A DNA stretch of 63,954 nucleotides, the filler included, from Octopus bimaculoides (taxonomy: Eukaryota), in NCBI RefSeq assembly GCF_001194135.2. It is 6 parts of 6 records of this genome, joined end to end, with 100 filler letters (N's around TTAATTAATTAA, not from the genome) between each part and the next. Parts side by side here need not be neighbours in the genome. Positions count along the whole stretch, not along the records: positions 1 to 17,383 come from NC_068985.1; 5 more parts are not named here. The stretch is one strand, 5' to 3'. The notes beneath the pieces were generated by a model. The model saw only the letters and a list, made by a program, of their open reading frames with translations. It did no database searches and was not told where the DNA came from. Below, piece after piece: positions 1 through 12,701 of the stretch; positions within the stretch are counted from its first letter, which is position 1, and every line of letters begins with the position of its first letter. Made by a program: the position numbers and the translations under genes.

Positions 1-51
1 TCCTTTTTACAGGGTCCATAACACTAGAATTTTCGGATATGCGCATAAATA

Positions 52-731
52 TCAGATATATAAAGATGAGAATGTGTGTCTGTGTGAATCCCTAAAACTC
101 GAGAACTATACAACCAATTTCATTGCTAATTAACACATGCTTTACTTAGGGTCCATGTAGTGTCTTAGGCCAAAACAATTTTTAACTTCTTGCATAGTTC
201 GAGCCCACACCAATATCATATCTCCTCCACAATTTCAGTATTACGTGTCAAAAGTGAAACAATAACATCACTCTACTGTAATGTCAAATACTTTCACTTT
301 AATACTTTCAGTTTCATACTGAAACTATTAAAGTGAAACTATACTCTCACATATATACAGGCATACTATAAGACCCAGGTTAAAAACATTCCCAACAATT
401 CAACTTCTCTGGTTGACATTAACACACCCACCCCCAATTGGGGCCTTCATTCCCACATTTTAGAGCTCCGTGAGATCCATTTTTCAGGAGCAAAATCATT
501 TTTACAGGTTCCAGAAGACTGAAATTTTGGAATATGCGCATAAAGATCAAGAGTATGGGATACATGTCTCATGATTAGAATGTTTTAGGGTGTATAAAGA
601 GGGAAAGAACCCTTATGTGCAATTTTGATTAAATTCGAATCATATGTATTCCAGTTCCTTACAGAAAATATAAGAGAAAAGTCTCATCCTTCAATTGCAT
701 GTAACAAGGGCAACGCCGGGTATCTCTGCTA

Positions 732-732
<1 letters not shown>
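52..732 (+). mobile_element. Helitron-like non-autonomous element
   Basis: Starts TC after an A (A|TCAGATATATAAAG) followed by a GT-rich stretch. Ends GGGCAACGCCGGGTATCTCTGCTAG|T, with a short GGC-AAC-GCC hairpin upstream of the terminal CTAG and an A|T target. These are Helitron-type termini; no coding capacity is seen. Confidence 0.55.

Positions 733-799
<67 letters not shown>
733..799. repeat. (ATT/TAA)n microsatellite abutting a LINE 3' end
   Basis: Directly visible perfect trinucleotide array. Confidence 0.95.
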
Positions 800-800
<1 letters not shown>

Positions 801-2689
801 GTTCAGTAGTTTTATTTTTATAACGTGCTTTCACTTCACTACCGAGCGCANNNNNNNNNNNNNNNNNNNNNNNNNNNNNNNNNNNNNNNNNNNNNNNNNN
901 NNNNNNNNNNNNNNNNNNNNNNNNNNNNNNNNNNNNNNNNNNNNNNNNNNNNNNNNNNNNNNNNNNNNNNNNNNNNNNNNNNNNNNNNNNNNNNNNNNNN
1001 NNNNNNNNNNNNNNNNNNNNNNNNNNNNNNNNNNNNNNNNNNNNNNNNNNNNNNNNNNNNNNNNNNNNNNNNNNNNNNNNNNNNNNNNNNNNNNNNNNNN
1101 NNNNNNNNNNNNNNNNNNNNNNNNNNNNNNNNNNNNNNNNNNNNNNNNNNNNNNNNNNNNNNNNNNNNNNNNNNNNNNNNNNNNNNNNNNNNNNNNNNNN
1201 NNNNNNNNNNNNNNNNNNNNNNNNNNNNNNNNNNNNNNNNNNNNNNNNNNNNNNNNNNNNNNNNNNNNNNNNNNNNNNNNNNNNNNNNNNNNNNNNNNNN
1301 NNNNNNNNNNNNNNNNNNNNNNNNNNNNNNNNNNNNNNNNNNNNNNNNNNNNNNNNNNNNNNNNNNNNNNNNNNNNNNNNNNNNNNNNNNNNNNNNNNNN
1401 NNNNNNNNNNNNNNNNNNNNNNNNNNNNNNNNNNNNNNNNNNNNNNNNNNNNNNNNNNNNNNNNNNNNNNNNNNNNNNNNNNNNNNNNNNNNNNNNNNNN
1501 NNNNNNNNNNNNNNNNNNNNNNNNNNNNNNNNNNNNNNNNNNNNNNNNNNNNNNNNNNNNNNNNNNNNNNNNNNNNNNNNNNNNNNNNNNNNNNNNNNNN
1601 NNNNNNNNNNNNNNNNNNNNNNNNNNNNNNNNNNNNNNNNNNNNNNNNNNNNNNNNNNNNNNNNNNNNNNNNNNNNNNNNNNNNNNNNNNNNNNNNNNNN
1701 NNNNNNNNNNNNNNNNNNNNNNNNNNNNNNNATAGTTCGTTAGTGTCCAGTTAAGGATATTGTAGCTGTAGCTTATAACTGGTACAGCTAAAGTGTTAAT
1801 ACCCATTATCTTGTTTTTAGCATTGAGCTCTGTTTTTAGTATTGATCTAACTCGTCTATAGTACTCTTTCTTTATTTTTTCTTTCATTTGTGTGTGTTGT
1901 ATCCTATCTAGTTCATTGACTCCTAAATATTTGTATTGTTGGCTTTCGTCTAGTTCTCTTATTTCATTGGCTTTATCTAGTGTGATGTTGCTACTTTTAA
2001 CTAATTTTCCTCTTTTCAGGGTTGCTTTGGCACATTTTTCTAATCCGAATTTCATATCTATTTCCTTAGTAAAGCCATGTACTGTCTGTAGTAGCGTTTC
2101 CAACTCTTTGTCATTTTTAGCGTATAATTTTAGGTCATCCATATATAAAAGGTGGCTGACTGTTTTTCCGTAACATTTGTAACCGCATCCAGTTCTATTT
2201 AGCAATTCAGTTAAAGGTGTGAGTGCCAGGCAGAACAGGAGTGGAGAGAGCGTGTCTCCCTGGAATATTCCTCTTCCAATGTGAATGGCTTTCGTTTTCA
2301 CAAGTCCCTCATTTGTTTGGAGCTGTAGCACTGTCTGCCATTTGTTCATTGAGTGCCTTATGTATTTTATGATAATTGGTGCCACCTTGTTTATGGCTAG
2401 TGTTTCCAGAATTCACGTGTGGGGAACACTGTCGAAAGCCTTTTGGTAGTCCACCCAGGCCATACTGAGGTCTTTATTCTTTCTGCGGCTGTCTTCAGTT
2501 ATTACTTTATTGATCAATAATTGATCTTTACAGCCGTATGAGCCCTTGCAGCATCCCTTCTGCTCTTCTGGAAACAGGTTGTTATTTTCCAGGTGCTTAC
2601 TCAATCTCTGCGATATTTTTGCAGTAACGGCTTTGTAGATCGCAGGGAGACAGGTTATAGGTCTATAGTTTTGTGGTTTTCCGTGGATT
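798..2689 (-). mobile_element. R4/Dong-like non-LTR retrotransposon: RT domain plus 3' end, middle in a gap
   Basis: Minus-strand RT motifs NYRPITCL, WVDYQKAFDSVPH, GIFQGDTLSPLLFCL, LLYMDDLKLY and YKYLG. The ORFs at 2413-3372 and 796-2385 are in one frame, separated by a single TGA at 2413-2415 (probably TGG originally). The 3' end at 798-850 nearly matches 54646-54700, which is attached to RLE coding sequence. Confidence 0.85.
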
Positions 2690-3307
2690 NNNNNNNNNNN
2701 NNNNNNNNNNNNNNNNNNNNNNNNNNNNNNNNNNNNNNNNNNNNNNNNNNNNNNNNNNNNNNNNNNNNNNNNNNNNNNNNNNNNNNNNNNNNNNNNNNNN
2801 NNNNNNNNNNNNNNNNNNNNNNNNNNNNNNNNNNNNNNNNNNNNNNNNNNNNNNNNNNNNNNNNNNNNNNNNNNNNNNNNNNNNNNNNNNNNNNNNNNNN
2901 NNNNNNNNNNNNNNNNNNNNNNNNNNNNNNNNNNNNNNNNNNNNNNNNNNNNNNNNNNNNNNNNNNNNNNNNNNNNNNNNNNNNNNNNNNNNNNNNNNNN
3001 NNNNNNNNNNNNNNNNNNNNNNNNNNNNNNNNNNNNNNNNNNNNNNNNNNNNNNNNNNNNNNNNNNNNNNNNNNNNNNNNNNNNNNNNNNNNNNNNNNNN
3101 NNNNNNNNNNNNNNNNNNNNNNNNNNNNNNNNNNNNNNNNNNNNNNNNNNNNNNNNNNNNNNNNNNNNNNNNNNNNNNNNNNNNNNNNNNNNNNNNNNNN
3201 NNNNNNNNNNNNNNNNNNNNNNNNNNNNNNNNNNNNNNNNNNNNNNNNNNNNNNNNNNNNNNNNNNNNNNNNNNNNNNNNNNNNNNNNNNNNNNNNNNNN
3301 NNNNNNN

Positions 3308-3935
3308 NTGTACTTCTCAAGATTTTTACTCACTCTTCCCAGGGCTCTGACAATTATTGGTACTACTACCACCTTTTCAGCAACTACAACTGCTTAACTT
3401 CCTAAGCTAACCTGTCATATCTATCGACTTTTCTTTCTTCCTTATCGCACACCTTGTTGTCAGCTGGGCATGCTATATCTATGATACAGCATCGTTTGCT
3501 TTCTTTCTCAATTAACACTATGTTTGGTTTCCTATTCTCTATCTCATGGTCGCACTGAATCATATAAAATCCCACAGGATTTTTGCATTATCATTTTCGA
3601 TGATGCTTTCGGGTTTATGTTCGTACCAATTTTTTGCTTTGTCAAGTACCATACTTGTTACACAATGTCCAATGAAAATCCTTGCTATATTCTTCTGACA
3701 TCTCTTATATTCTTTCTGGGCTAGTGGCGTACGTTGTCTGGTAATATGCCATACGGTTTCAGCATTTTGTCCACAAATTCTGCACTTATCACTTTCTGAT
3801 GTGTTCTCTATTCTGTATTTGGTGTAATTGGTTCTTTCTCTAGGGCATTAAATCACTTTTAGTCATCATTAGCCTTCTTTTTTCCCAGTCTGTCTTATCT
3901 TCAACATCCCTATGAAATTATCCATGCATTCTTTA
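3308..3935 (-). mobile_element. Degenerate R4/Dong-like LINE fragment (zinc knuckle + RLE region)
   Basis: Minus translation gives CRICGQNAETVWHI, ILWDF and PIIVRALGRVSKNLEKY, with stops and frameshifts. Clearly homologous to 26680-27290. Confidence 0.75.
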
Positions 3936-4324
3936 CTCTCTTTTACTCTCTTTTACTTGTTTCAGTCCTTTGACTGCGGCCATGCTGGAGCACCACCTTT
4001 AGTCGAGCATATCGACCCCGGGACTTATTCTTTGTAAGCCTAGTACTTATTATATCGGTCTCTTTTGCCGATAAATACACCAGCGTCGGTTGTCAAGTAA
4101 TGCTACGGGGACAAACACAGACACACAAACATACACACACACATATATATACATATATAAGACGGGCATCTTTCAGTTTCCGTCTACCAAATCCACTCAC
4201 AAGGGTTTGGTCGACGCGAGGCTCTAGTAGAAAACACTTGCCCAAGATGCCACGCAGTGGGACTGAACCCGGAATCATGTGGTTGGTAAGTAAGCTACTT
4301 ACCACACAGCCACTCCTGCGCCTA
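3936..4324 (-). mobile_element. tRNA-derived SINE, family A (bipartite with internal CA/TA microsatellite)
   Basis: Minus head GGCGCAGGAGTGGCTGTGTGGTAAG...GGTTCAGTCCC has A/B-box-like motifs. The tail GGTGCTCCAGCATGGCCGCAGTC...GACTGAAACAAGTAAAAGAG recurs in several copies in the window. Confidence 0.8.
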
Positions 4325-4379
4325 TCCATCTATTTTCAGTTTCATTCATTCTCAAGTCCTTGTACAGTGCTTTATCTTA

Positions 4380-4905
4380 GCAATCTTCCATCCTAAACAA
4401 GCCTGACCTTCTTACTTCCAATAAAAGTGGTTCTGTAGCATTTTTACATACCATGCTATGTTGTTTTCTTCTGCATTAATGCTGTGTTCGCATCCTATCA
4501 GTCCTCTTCCCCTCTTTTTCTTGGTACATACAGTCTGTCTGTGTCACCTTTTAGGTGGAGTATCCAATATCTAGTCAGCAACTTCCTTGTCTTTCTGTCT
4601 AAGCTGTTTAGTTCGTGTCGTGTCCATGCAATTATCCCTGCTCCATATCCAAGTCGTGAAACCGCCCAGGTGTTGATAACTTCAATCTTATTCCGTCCGT
4701 TTAATTTCGACTTCAGGACCAGTCTCAGTCTGCGCAAGCACTCCATCTTAAATTTTCTGTCATTGCCTTCTCCATCAATGTATCCATTTGCAATATCCCC
4801 AAGTACTTATAGCCCGTCTCTTCTACCTGCTTCATAACCTCCCCCGATGGTATGGCAAGCCCGTCCATACATTTGATTTTGTCTCATTTCAAGACTAATA
4901 CACCA
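4380..4905 (-). mobile_element. R4/Dong-like LINE fragment (late RT/thumb)
   Basis: GYKYLGI upstream of RLRLVLKSKLNGRNKIEVINTWAV...DRKTRKLL...DRLYVPRKRG, the typical post-RT region of RLE LINEs. Confidence 0.7.
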
Positions 4906-5095
4906 CAGTTCTTTATTTAAGAGATGAGTAATTATGTACATTATTTACCTTATTTACATTACTTACATTTGACGGATATTTATCCTCATCTTTTTTGTTG
5001 TTAACATAACATTTCGGCTGATATAACCTCCAGCCTTCATCAGGTGTCTTGGGGAAATTTCGAATCTGGGTTCTCATTCCTAAATTTTTTTTCGA

Positions 5096-5110
<15 letters not shown>
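4905..5110 (-). mobile_element. Penelope-type pseudo-LTR-like repeat relic
   Basis: Non-coding AT-rich segment carrying a minimal hammerhead motif, the known arrangement in PLE pLTRs. No linked PLE ORF, so the assignment is inferred. Confidence 0.45.
5003..5048 (-). ncRNA. Degenerate minimal type I hammerhead ribozyme motif
   Basis: GACAC-CUGAUGA-A-GGCUG-(GAGGUUAUAU)-CAGCC-GAA-AUGU-U-AUGUU. Core and 5-bp stem II are intact; stems I and III carry mismatches or wobbles. Confidence 0.55.
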
Positions 5111-5128
<18 letters not shown>

Positions 5129-5299
5129 TACTATTATTATTATTATTATGTTGTTGTTGTTGTTTTTTTCTTCTTTCTTCAAATTTTCTTCCTTTTATCA
5201 CCGAGTCTTTTCCGTACACCTAGAGCAAAGTAGTTCATTGTATGCATTCCCAGTTTACACACGCAAATTCACAGGTAACATATGTATGTAAAAATAATA

Positions 5300-8200
5300 A
5301 TTAATAAATAAATTCATGAATGGATGTTTTTATCACAGCGATAATGCTCTTCTCAGTACATGAGTCGTTCCAGTTAACACGATTTTTAGCACTTCCAGTA
5401 GGGATGGTAGGCCTGGTATCATTTTCAAATGGGTTTCAGTACCCGTTTTTTTTTTTATCATTCCTAGAGATCCTAAACTTGAGATGCCACATTTTTTTCA
5501 ATTTCTATTAGCAAGTCTTTATATTTACTGATCTTGTCAAATTCTTTCGCCGCTATATTATGATCACAGGGAATACTCATGTCAATTAATAAACACGTCT
5601 TCTTTGTCTGGTGTTTTATAATAATATCCGGTTTATTAGCTTTTATAGCCTTGTCGGTATGTACGGGGAAGTCTCAGATAATCGATACATTTTCTCCCTC
5701 AGTCATAGCTTCAGGATGGTGTTTATACCATTTGTCAGCGGTTTTGATTTTATAATGCCGATATATTGTCCAGTGTAAATACNNNNNNNNNNNNNNNNNN
5801 NNNNNNNNNNNNNNNNNNNNNNNNNNNNNNNNNNNNNNNNNNNNNNNNNNNNNNNNNNNNNNNNNNNNNNNNNNNNNNNNNNNNNNNNNNNNNNNNNNNN
5901 NNNNNNNNNNNNNNNNNNNNNNNNNNNNNNNNNNNNNNNNNNNNNNNNNNNNNNNNNNNNNNNNNNNNNNNNNNNNNNNNNNNNNNNNNNNNNNNNNNNN
6001 NNNNNNNNNNNNNNNNNNNNNNNNNNNNNNNNNNNNNNNNNNNNNNNNNNNNNNNNNNNNNNNNNNNNNNNNNNNNNNNNNNNNNNNNNNNNNNNNNNNN
6101 NNNNNNNNNNNNNNNNNNNNNNNNNNNNNNNNNNNNNNNNNNNNNNNNNNNNNNNNNNNNNNNNNNNNNNNNNNNNNNNNNNNNNNNNNNNNNNNNNNNN
6201 NNNNNNNNNNNNNNNNNNNNNNNNNNNNNNNNNNNNNNNNNNNNNNNNNNNNNNNNNNNNNNNNNNNNNNNNNNNNNNNNNNNNNNNNNNNNNNNNNNNN
6301 NNNNNNNNNNNNNNNNNNNNNNNNNNNNNNNNNNNNNNNNNNNNNNNNNNNNNNNNNNNNNNNNNNNNNNNNNNNNNNNNNNNNNNNNNNNNNNNNNNNN
6401 NNNNNNNNNNNNNNNNNNNNNNNNNNNNNNNNNNNNNNNNNNNNNNNNNNNNNNNNNNNNNNNNNNNNNNNNNNNNNNNNNNNNNNNNNNNNNAACCTTC
6501 TTTTTCATACTTGCATGCTGGATACCAGAGCCTTCATTTATTCCTAGGTTTTTATAGCTTTGTTCCTGCTCAAGTTCTTTTATTACTGTTTCGACATCTA
6601 ATTCTATTGAACTTGACTTTACCAGTTTCCCTTTCTTAAAAGTGGCTTTGGCACACTTTTCAAGGCCAAACTCCTTCCCGATATCATCACTGAATTCTTT
6701 CACAGTATGTAGTAGTCCTTCAAGCTCTTCATCATCTTTGCCATATAGTTTTAAATCATCCATATAAAATAGATGGCTTATTTTCCTATTGTCAATTTTG
6801 TAGCCATCCCTTGTTCAATTCAGTTTACTTGGGAGTGGTATTAGTGCTATGAAGAAAATTAGTGGTGAAAGTGAGTCACCTTGGAAAATGCCACAGTTTA
6901 TGCTAATATTGTTTGAGCGCAATAATCCATTAGAATGATATAACTGGAGCTTCGTGTTCCATAGTGACGTATTATACTTTAAAAATTCTGAAATCACAGG
7001 AGAAATTTTGAAAATGTCCAGTGATTTTAGAATCCACGAATGTGGTATGATGTCGAAGGCTTTTTTTATAATCAATCCATGAAGAGCAGAGGTTTTGTGT
7101 TTGTTATGGCCGTTCTCAAGGATCATGCGATTAATTAAGAGCTGATCTTTGCATCCGAATGGGCATCGTTTGCTTCCCTTTTGTTTAGTGGGAAAGAGGT
7201 TATTCTCTTCTATAAACGTATATGTTTTCTCCACTAGAATGGATGTCAAAATCTTATAGGTAGTAGACAAACATGTTATAGGCCGGTAGTTTTTGAGGTC
7301 TTTGGTTTCGTTCTTTTTGGGGAAGAGGTAAGTAATACCATTTGCCATCCATTGTGGAGTGTTTTCCGGGTCTTTCATAATACTATTAAATAGTATTACT
7401 AACATTTTGTGTGCGGACGAGAGTGATGAAATCCAGAAATTTGGTACTCTATTAATACCAGGAGATTTCCACTTATGAGCCTTCGTTAGTGCCCTGCTTC
7501 GTCGGTGATTGAGATGTTTTCCCATACCTGTTCTTGTAGATTTTTGTAGGCATCTTGGGTGCGTTTGATCCAGTCTGCATTTTCATTGTGTGGTTTCTCA
7601 TCACTCCAGATCCCTTTCCAAAAGTTTTCAACTTCTTCCATTATGGGTGGATTTTCAATGATTATTTCTTCTTTCCCTATTTCCCTGTAAAATGATTTGG
7701 AATCGGATTTGAACATCTTATTTTGGTTGTAGAATTTGATTCTTTTCTCAAATCTGCGTATTTTCTGAGCTTTTAATTGAACTTTTTAAGTGTTGGTGTG
7801 TATTTAAGAGTTTATGGAGTGGTTCCCTAGCATTCATATTTGTATGCCCTATAACTGCAAGCTCATTCAGAACTTCCTGCTTTCTTTCAATAATAGATTT
7901 TCTGTGTTGTTCAGCAAATATGTGGTCTTCAAATTTTGTTTCGACATCATTTTCCTCGCTGTTTTTTCTAGGATCAGAATATTTTCCTTTTTTCTCAGGC
8001 TCTTGAGTGGTTTCGGCAGATGGTCGCCTTTCAGTCAATGCTTGTGGTCCAACATCCTCTCCTCCGCTTCGTTATTTCTTTCCTGACTTTTCTACCACTT
8101 TTTTAATAGAGGTTAATTCTGCGTCTGTGAGTCTGGTATTTCTGAAGATATCTCTTCTAACATTTGCTAATCTGTTTTCATCCAGGCTTGGTCTGCTAGC

Positions 8201-8566
8201 TGGATTCCGGCTCCTCCAAATTCTGTAGGAGNNNNNNNNNNACATTTGCTAATCTGTTTTCATCCAGGCTTGGTCTGCTAGCTGGATTCCGGCTCCTCCA
8301 AATTCTGTAGGAGTTTGCGGTGTGTTTCTCTTGGATTGGCCTACTTAATGCAAAGTAATAAGTGTATATTATTTCTTTATATTCTTCCTGGTTCCATTTA
8401 GTTCTTTTACATTTTTGATTTTGTGGTCGTTGTGGTGGTGAACTTTAGGGGGTTCAATTTGGGACAAATCCCGTTTAAGTGACCTTCCAGGTTCGTATTC
8501 GGGGAAGATATTTTGCCATTTGAAATTTTTTCGCCTGACAAGCGTGCTTCCAGAATAACCATTGGA
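5300..8566 (-). mobile_element. Near-full-length degenerate R4/Dong-like LINE
   Basis: Ordered domains on the minus strand: N-terminal KWNQEEYKEIIYTYY and QLADQ, then KMFKSDSKSFYREI, RT (NYRPITCL, GIFQGDSLSPL, YMDDLKLY), a gap, RLE (KPDIII...LIDMSIP...KYKDL) and terminal TGTTHVLRRAL. Multiple stops and frameshifts. Confidence 0.85.
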
Positions 8567-8695
<129 letters not shown>

Positions 8696-8836
8696 GGACG
8701 ACGATGGCTGCAGTGACCACTACAACGAATTTAATATACTAATCTCCGTAGCGTGTGATATATCATCCCATGATCGACCTTATCGTTACTAGTAAACATG
8801 TCTGTATGTATGTTTATGTGTATGTAGATATATATA

Positions 8837-8882
<46 letters not shown>

Positions 8883-8904
8883 TATATATATATATAAAGT
8901 GATG

Positions 8905-9240
8905 ACTTTTTCTTCTCTTCTTAATCATTTTTGCCCCTTATGGAGAATAGGGCTTCAACAGTTATTTTCCACTTTTTGCGGTCATTGGCGTGATTCTTGG
9001 CTGCTTCCCATGTCAGGCCGGTGGTCCTGAGCTCGTCCAAAATGCTCCGCTTCCATGTCTGCTTCGAGTGTCCTCACTTGTTTTTCCCCTGCGGGTTCCA
9101 GTCAAGTGCTTGTCGTCTCACATTTTAGGGTTCTTTCCGCAGTGTGTGTCCAATCCATCTCCATTTTCTTCGTCTAATCTGAACATGAATGGGCTCCTGG
9201 TTGGCCCTTTCCTACAGGTCGGTGTTTGGCATTCTGATGA
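8905..9240 (-). mobile_element. RTE-clade LINE 3' fragment
   Basis: Minus translation IRRRKWRWIGHTLRK...ALDWNPQG...TWKRS...TWEAAK...RKKWK is the conserved RTE C-terminus, followed by a short A/G-rich tail. Confidence 0.75.
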
Positions 9241-9810
9241 CTTTTTAGCGTACTTGAATACTACTTACTAACACTGCAAAACCACAAATGTCTCGCTATT
9301 AGTGAACACGCTCAGTGAATGCAACGTATATGATAACATAGGGCCTACCTTGTATAATCTACAAATCAAGAAACAGATATCGTGGTATCAATTGATCTTA
9401 CCGTTATGTTCATTTTGGGATGTCGCGAGGGCTTTCAGATGTACAAACGCACACGGTGTAATGGAATGAATATTTAAAAAAATAGATGAAAACAGTAGCT
9501 TGGCTGACGATCCTTAAGTGCTACGGCACAAAAGGTAAAATCAATTGATACCAAGATAACTGTATTTTGCATTGTAGTTTATACAAAGTAGCCCCTATTT
9601 TATTATATTCGTTGTATTCACCGCGCGTGTTTATCAATAGCGAGAAATTTGTGATTTTGGAGTGTTAACTCCTCTTTCTAGCAAGTGGTATTCCCTTTAT
9701 GTATATCATANNNNNNNNNNNNNNNNNNNNNNNNNNNNNNNNNNNNNNNNNNNNNNNNNNNNNNNNNNNNNNNNNNNNNNNNNNNNNNNNNNNNNNNNNN
9801 NNNNNNNNNN

Positions 9811-9885
9811 TTGATTTGCTCGACTAAAGGCGGTGCCCAGCATGGCCGCAGTCCAATGACTGAAACAAGTAGAAGAGTAAAGAGA
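9811..9885 (+). mobile_element. SINE family A 3' tail
   Basis: GATTTGCTCGACTAAAGGCGGTGCCCAGCATGGCCGCAGTC...GACTGAAACAAGTA matches 23930-23990. Confidence 0.7.
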
Positions 9886-9904
9886 GAGAGAGAGTGTGTG
9901 TGTG

Positions 9905-9951
<47 letters not shown>

Positions 9952-11069
9952 AGAGAGAGAGAGGGGGGAGAGTGACCGAGAGAGAGAGGGAGTGAGAGAA
10001 AGAGATCTTAACGATAAAGTCATGTGACTTGTATTCGTAGTGTAGAGGTGAATGGAAATATAGTTGACAAGACATATTAGTTATAGACATTGGTCTACAT
10101 CGCGTTGAATACAAGTCTTTTTGGGGAGTTTTGGGAGGAATTGTGTCAGTTAAGTTTTAATTAATTCACAATTAATTAAAACAAATTATTTGTAGAAAAC
10201 ACAATTCATCGGATAAACTTAACTTCAAAAATATATGTTAAGGTAAAGAAAAGAAAGCGAGCACCTGATTCATCCAATTAAAAATGACACAGAGCAAAGA
10301 ATTCCACTTTTGCGTGAGATGTGAAGGGAAGCACTTCAACAAACCTTCTATGTACACAAATCTAAAGTACTTAACAGTAACATAAGAAATTCCACGATCA
10401 CGAAGAATTCTCAATTCTACATAAGCACGATTGTATTGCTTATTTTACAACTGGTTCGACCAGCTCAAGCTCTAACAGTTCCCGAGAAAGAGCATTTATA
10501 TAGCATTTATAGTTCTGATATTTGAATGTACAGTAATACCTACAATTACGTACGTACATAGGTACCTGTGTATAGAATGTATGGATGCATATGTGTGTAA
10601 ACATATTTATATATATGCATTCAGGCATATATATGCACACTCAATTTGAATGTTCTGCCGAATCAAGGGTGGGAAGACCGAGAGTGTCTTTTGTCTTTGC
10701 GCCTCATCTTGACTACATGGGTAACTGTAACAGTTAACGACAGCTTAGTACATGATTCCAACTCAAACTGGCATGCGATTGACGATTTCAATTTCTTAGC
10801 TATACATACATATATCCATACATATCTATTTACAGGTAAATACGCATACTTATGTACATACATACCGGAATACATACATGGACATATGCACACATACACA
10901 TACATACACACTCACATATATTTCATTGAGTGGAACCGGTGCGCAATGATGCCGTCCGGAGGTGGGCCCCGAAACGGTGCGCATTCTCTCCTGATGACTC
11001 TATAAACTTACTAGCATTCGGTATATGGAGCTTTCAACTAGCAGAACTGGCATCTGTAAGTTGTTTGCA

Positions 11070-11117
<48 letters not shown>

Positions 11118-11603
11118 NNNNNNNNNNNNNNNNNNNNNNNNNNNNNNNNNNNNNNNNNNNNNNNNNNNNNNNNNNNNNNNNNNNNNNNNNNNNNNNNNNN
11201 NNNNNNNNNNNNNNNNNNNNNNNNNNNNNNNNNNNNNNNNNNNNNNNNNNNNNNNNNNNNNNNNNNNNNNNNNNNNNNNNNNNNNNNNNNNNNNNNNNNN
11301 NNNNNNNNNNNNNNNNNNNNNNNNNNNNNNNNNNNNNNNNNNNNNNNNNNNNNNNNNNNNNNNNNNNNNNNNNNNNNNNNNNNNNNNNNNNNNNNNNNNN
11401 NNNNNNNNNNNNNNNNNNNNNNNNNNNNNNNNNNNNNNNNNNNNNNNNNNNNNNNNNNNNNNNNNNNNNNNNNNNNNNNNNNNNNNNNNNNNNNNNNNNN
11501 NNNNNNNNNNNNNNNNNNNNNNNNNNNNNNNNNNNNNNNNNNNNNNNNNNNNNNNNNNNNNNNNNNNNNNNNNNNNNNNNNNNNNNNNNNNNNNNNNNNN
11601 NTA

Positions 11604-11790
11604 TATATATAGTTCAGATTTATAAAAAAAAACAAAGACGAAGACAGGTGTAAGAACAACAAGCAAGTATATTAGTTTGATGCTCGGGAAAAATGGAAAA
11701 GTCCTTTACGTTTCGAGCTTACGCTCTTCGACAGAAAGGAATAAGAGAACATAAATAAAGATTGAAAAACGTGTTGAGTTCAGTGGTGCA
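11604..11790 (-). mobile_element. PLE pseudo-LTR downstream of the 12.7-14.3 kb PLE
   Basis: Same strand as, and 3' of, the PLE. Contains a hammerhead motif and is homologous to 25740-25910. Confidence 0.6.
11702..11740 (-). ncRNA. Minimal hammerhead-like motif, A6U core variant
   Basis: UCCUUU-CUGUCGA-A-GAGC-GUAA-GCUC-GAA-ACGU-A-AAGGA. Confidence 0.55.
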
Positions 11791-11876
11791 ACATGGCCTA
11801 TGATTGCAAAAAAGAAGAGGTTGAATGAAAGGAAGATAATAATAAAGAGAGGTGATCCCAACAAGAGGAGGTGCAC

Positions 11877-12073
11877 AAGCGTGTTTGTGTATCTGAGAAT
11901 GGTGCATGTGAGTGTGTAAGTGTGTATGTGCGAATGCGGGCGAGTGAGTTTGACGTGTGTACGTCTGTAACGTGTGTGTGCGTGTCATTGTGACCAAATA
12001 GTGTACATGTGTATAGTGTATGTATGTGGGCGAAAGTTATCTTTGTCTATGTGTGTTGTGTGTTTGTAACGTA

Positions 12074-12118
<45 letters not shown>

Positions 12119-12407
12119 TAGCAGTTGATGCGTGCTTTTTTCACGTGGTGTGTGTACGGTGTGTCACTGTGACCAAATAGTGTGCATGTTATAGTGTATG
12201 TATGTGGGCGAAAGTTATCTTTGTCTTTGTGTGTTGAGTGCATCTATGCATGTTACGTTTGCGTGTATGTGTATATATTGTCTGTGTTCAGGTATTATGT
12301 GCTTGAGTGGGTGTGGGAGTGTGCATGATGGCGTGTGTGCTGTGTGTACTGAGTTAAACAATATGTGTGGCTGCTCATATAGTGGTATGTGTGCTAACGC
12401 TATTGGA

Positions 12408-12489
<82 letters not shown>

Positions 12490-12690
12490 ATGATGGTGTG
12501 TTGTGTGGGTGCTTAGAAGTATGTGTGGAGTGGGAAGGTGTTGTGGATGTGTGTGTAATGGTGTGTGAAGTGAGTGACGAGTTGAACAGTGTGTATGGGT
12601 GTGTATATAGTGGTGCGTGTGGTCGAGGGTACTGAGGTGGGTGGTATGCCGGTTTGTAGATAGAATGTGGGAAGTGAGTAGGAATCCGTG
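11877..12690. repeat. GT/CA-rich low-complexity tract with an internal tandem duplication of about 180 bp
   Basis: GTGTCAYTGTGACCAAATAGTGT...GGGCGAAAGTTATCTTTGTC occurs at about 11983 and 12161; perfect (TG)n at 12412-12487. Confidence 0.85.
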
Positions 12691-12701
12691 TGGGACTGGT
12701 G

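Noticed and set aside
8161-8311. 70-bp direct repeat around N10
   Set aside because: Identical sequence on both sides of a 10-N gap indicates an unmerged contig overlap.
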